Assembly: GCA_034226945.1 (NCBI GenBank)
Contig: CP120454.1
Location: forward strand, 310,001-374,000
Origin: Picochlorum sp. SENEW3
Lineage: Eukaryota
Reading direction: 5' to 3'
DNA length: 64,000 nucleotides
Shown here: piece by piece, positions 61,857-64,000 of the stretch
Layout: each line of letters starts with the position of its first letter
How positions within the stretch are numbered: the stretch's first letter is position 1
Position numbers and translations under genes: made by a program
Notes under the pieces: generated by a model
The model's input: only the letters and a program-made list of their open reading frames with translations
The model's database searches: none
What the model was told of the DNA's origin: nothing

Positions 61857-61930
61857 CTTGTTACTGATATCGAACCAAAGATTTTAAAGAATTAAGAATG
61901 ACTACTATGCCGTTTGAATGCATATAAACT

Positions 61931-63259
61931 TTATTCGGCGAATTTGGTCAGGTTATCTTGGAGGAGCTGTTTCTTATACCCCATCAAACGAAGGCTCTCG
62001 TCCTCCTTTCCTCCAGAGTAAAATCTGAAAGCAGGGAGGCCTTTGACTCCCAGCTCCGAGCAGAACATCTCCAAATTTTCATCAGTAGTGTCAACAGATA
62101 CTACTCTGACTTTGCCTGACAGGTTGGAGGCCAGATCCTCTACGAATGGGGCAAGTTGTCTGCATTTTCCACACCATGGAGCCCAAAACTTGACCAAAAT
62201 TTTCTCTCCAGATTGGATCAATTCTTCGAGTTCTTTGGGATTTTCGATCGGTTTCACAGCATTGGATGATATTTCATCCGCATGTGATGCCTCTGCTGTC
62301 TGGAAATAGTCCAAACTCTTTTCCGGGTCTGCTACCATTGCCCTATCCCCAGGCTTCCATCCAGCTGGACACACCTCCCCATGCTCAGCCACGTGCTGGA
62401 TTGCCTGAAGGGTTCTCAAAGCTTCGTCAACACTTCGACCAATTGGGAAATTGTTGATCGTAGCATGCTCGACGACACCTTCCGGATTGATGATGTACAG
62501 CCCTCGAAGTGCAATACCTGCATCTTCTTTTAGCACACCATACCTGGCTGCAACTGATTTCGTAACATCTGCGAGGATTGGAATCTGCATATAACCCAAT
62601 CCTCCCATAGTTCGAGGAGTTTTTATCCATGCGAGGTGGACTTCTGGCGTATCCGTAGAGGCTGCAAGCAGTTGGCAATTCAACTCCTCAAATTCTTTAG
62701 CTCTGTCACTGAATGCAATAATTTCCGTTGGGCACACAAACGTAAAGTCTTTCGGGTACCAGAAGAGGATTACATACTTTCCCTGCATACATACAAAAGA
62801 TCAGACGACAGCAGGCGACAATGCGTGATTCTGCGATGCTAAAATACCTTGTAATCTGAGAGATTCACAGTTTTCATGTCCCCATCAACAACAGCTGCAC
62901 ACAGAAGATACCATAGTCAGTGCATCGCCATCGTTTCTCTTCTTTCCCAACATATATACCATACCTTCAAGGGAAAAATCAGGAGCCGGACTTCCGACCT
63001 GCAGCTCAGTCTCGGGATACAGAATATTATCCCAAGCGCTCGTTGAAAAAGCACGACCTGCTGATTCAGGTGATCTCCATGGAATGCCGCCATTGGATCG
63101 GTTTGATTCAAAATTTACTCCAGATAATTTTGATACCAGAGAAGTCCCAACGCAGCTGTGAAGGGTTCTTGCTTGATTTACCTTGGAAGCAGACCCTCCA
63201 ACAAGACTGCTTTCCCGCTCGATCAAGCGCACAAAAGAAGAGACGAGTCTGTTTCTCAT
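61931..63259 (-). CDS. 2-Cys peroxiredoxin fused to a C-terminal thioredoxin domain, organelle-targeted
   Basis: [25 protein letters not shown] and YF motifs, then [10 protein letters not shown]...GLPAF in the same exon. Presequence-like N-terminus. Confidence 0.92.
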
Positions 63260-63739
63260 GATGTACCGTATTTAGATATGGGATAAATAACAAACGATAT
63301 AATAGTACGGAATGATGGATGCGGCATTGAGCTTTGATGAGGATGGCACCCATGGCTGGTGAGTCATCAGGGTTGAAATGCTCCACCAAGATTTCCATTC
63401 TCATTTGATTATGGGCTATCAGTGGTAGAGTATCCTGAGATACATGTATTTTTTAATTTGCTCGTGCATCAATATGTCGCCCGGGTGATGTCGACTCATT
63501 CGATTTGCACGGTATGTTTCTTCAACTACAGACAACGCCATATAGGTCCCATTATCGCATCCAATTGTTCCGTAATTCTTCCAAAGGATGGAATCATTAC
63601 TTTTAATGGATGCGGATACGAAAATACTGAGATCAGTAGGCAGCTGGTTTATACTCAACTTTGTTGGACTAGGCTGCAAAGGCACAGTATACATTCAACT
63701 TCAATGCTTTTACAATGTGCAATGCAGATATAATTACGT

Positions 63740-64000
63740 TTATTGCTCTTCCACTGATTCAGTTCCAGATTTGACGATGCTATGAGCATCAATCTTCTCA
63801 GGGTTCTGAGACAGATTGTCAACCATCCACTTGATCACCAGGGAATTTGAGATGTACAGGGTGCTCTGTTCAGGAGTCTCGATGATTGTTCTCAGTGGCT
63901 CTATAGCCACAATTTTACCCTCAGCAACCACATTCTGATAGTTCAACAATCTCACCTCATCACCGATTGCAAAGGGAGGTGCAGTGTACAGTGTTATTGC
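63740..64000 (-). CDS. MscS-like mechanosensitive channel (3' end only)
   Basis: LYTAPPFAIGDEV...EGKIVAIEPLRTII......LYISNS matches the MscS beta domain. Confidence 0.8.
   Translation of the reverse strand, partial: AITLYTAPPFAIGDEVRLLNYQNVVAEGKIVAIEPLRTIIETPEQSTLYISNSLVIKWMVDNLSQNPEKIDAHSIVKSGTESVEEQ

Noticed and set aside
63300..63735. Possible small gene between the Prx-Trx and MscS genes
   Set aside because: Short overlapping ORFs and possible splice sites, but no consistent or recognisable product.
1..64000. CRISPR arrays, tRNA, rRNA, or Fanzor/TnpB-type RNA-guided systems
   Set aside because: No repeat-spacer arrays, cloverleafs or RuvC-like ORFs were seen by eye. tRNAscan and Infernal were not run.

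Overview
This is a gene-dense eukaryotic nuclear window from a photosynthetic green alga. Evidence: short GT-AG introns, plastid-protein genes (PGR5, TIC110, PAB, ClpS) and very short intergenic gaps. The pattern resembles a compact trebouxiophyte such as Picochlorum, but that taxonomy is inference. About 34 host protein-coding genes are present, including RPL22, a Pumilio protein, VPS22, RAD54, ORC4, TPI, Yos1, EBP1, paladin-like, FAN1, LOG, HOS1/ELYS-like, EMSY-like, an ABCC transporter, succinyl-CoA ligase beta and a peroxiredoxin-thioredoxin fusion. The standout is an apparently intact 5,623-bp Mutator-like DNA transposon (33570-39192). It has 161-bp TIRs (5 mismatches) and a perfect 9-bp TSD, and it carries two convergent spliced genes: a DDE transposase with two SWIM fingers, and a ~724-aa protein with tandem SH3/KOW-like modules plus a Ulp1-type (C48) SUMO-protease domain. 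Other notable items are a dual-guide box C/D snoRNA in a TIC110 intron, a pappalysin-like protease with its catalytic Glu replaced by Gln, a HOS1-like protein lacking the RING, and a KEN-box orphan resembling UVI4/OSD1. All calls come from reading motifs by eye, no searches were run, and exon boundaries are manual estimates.
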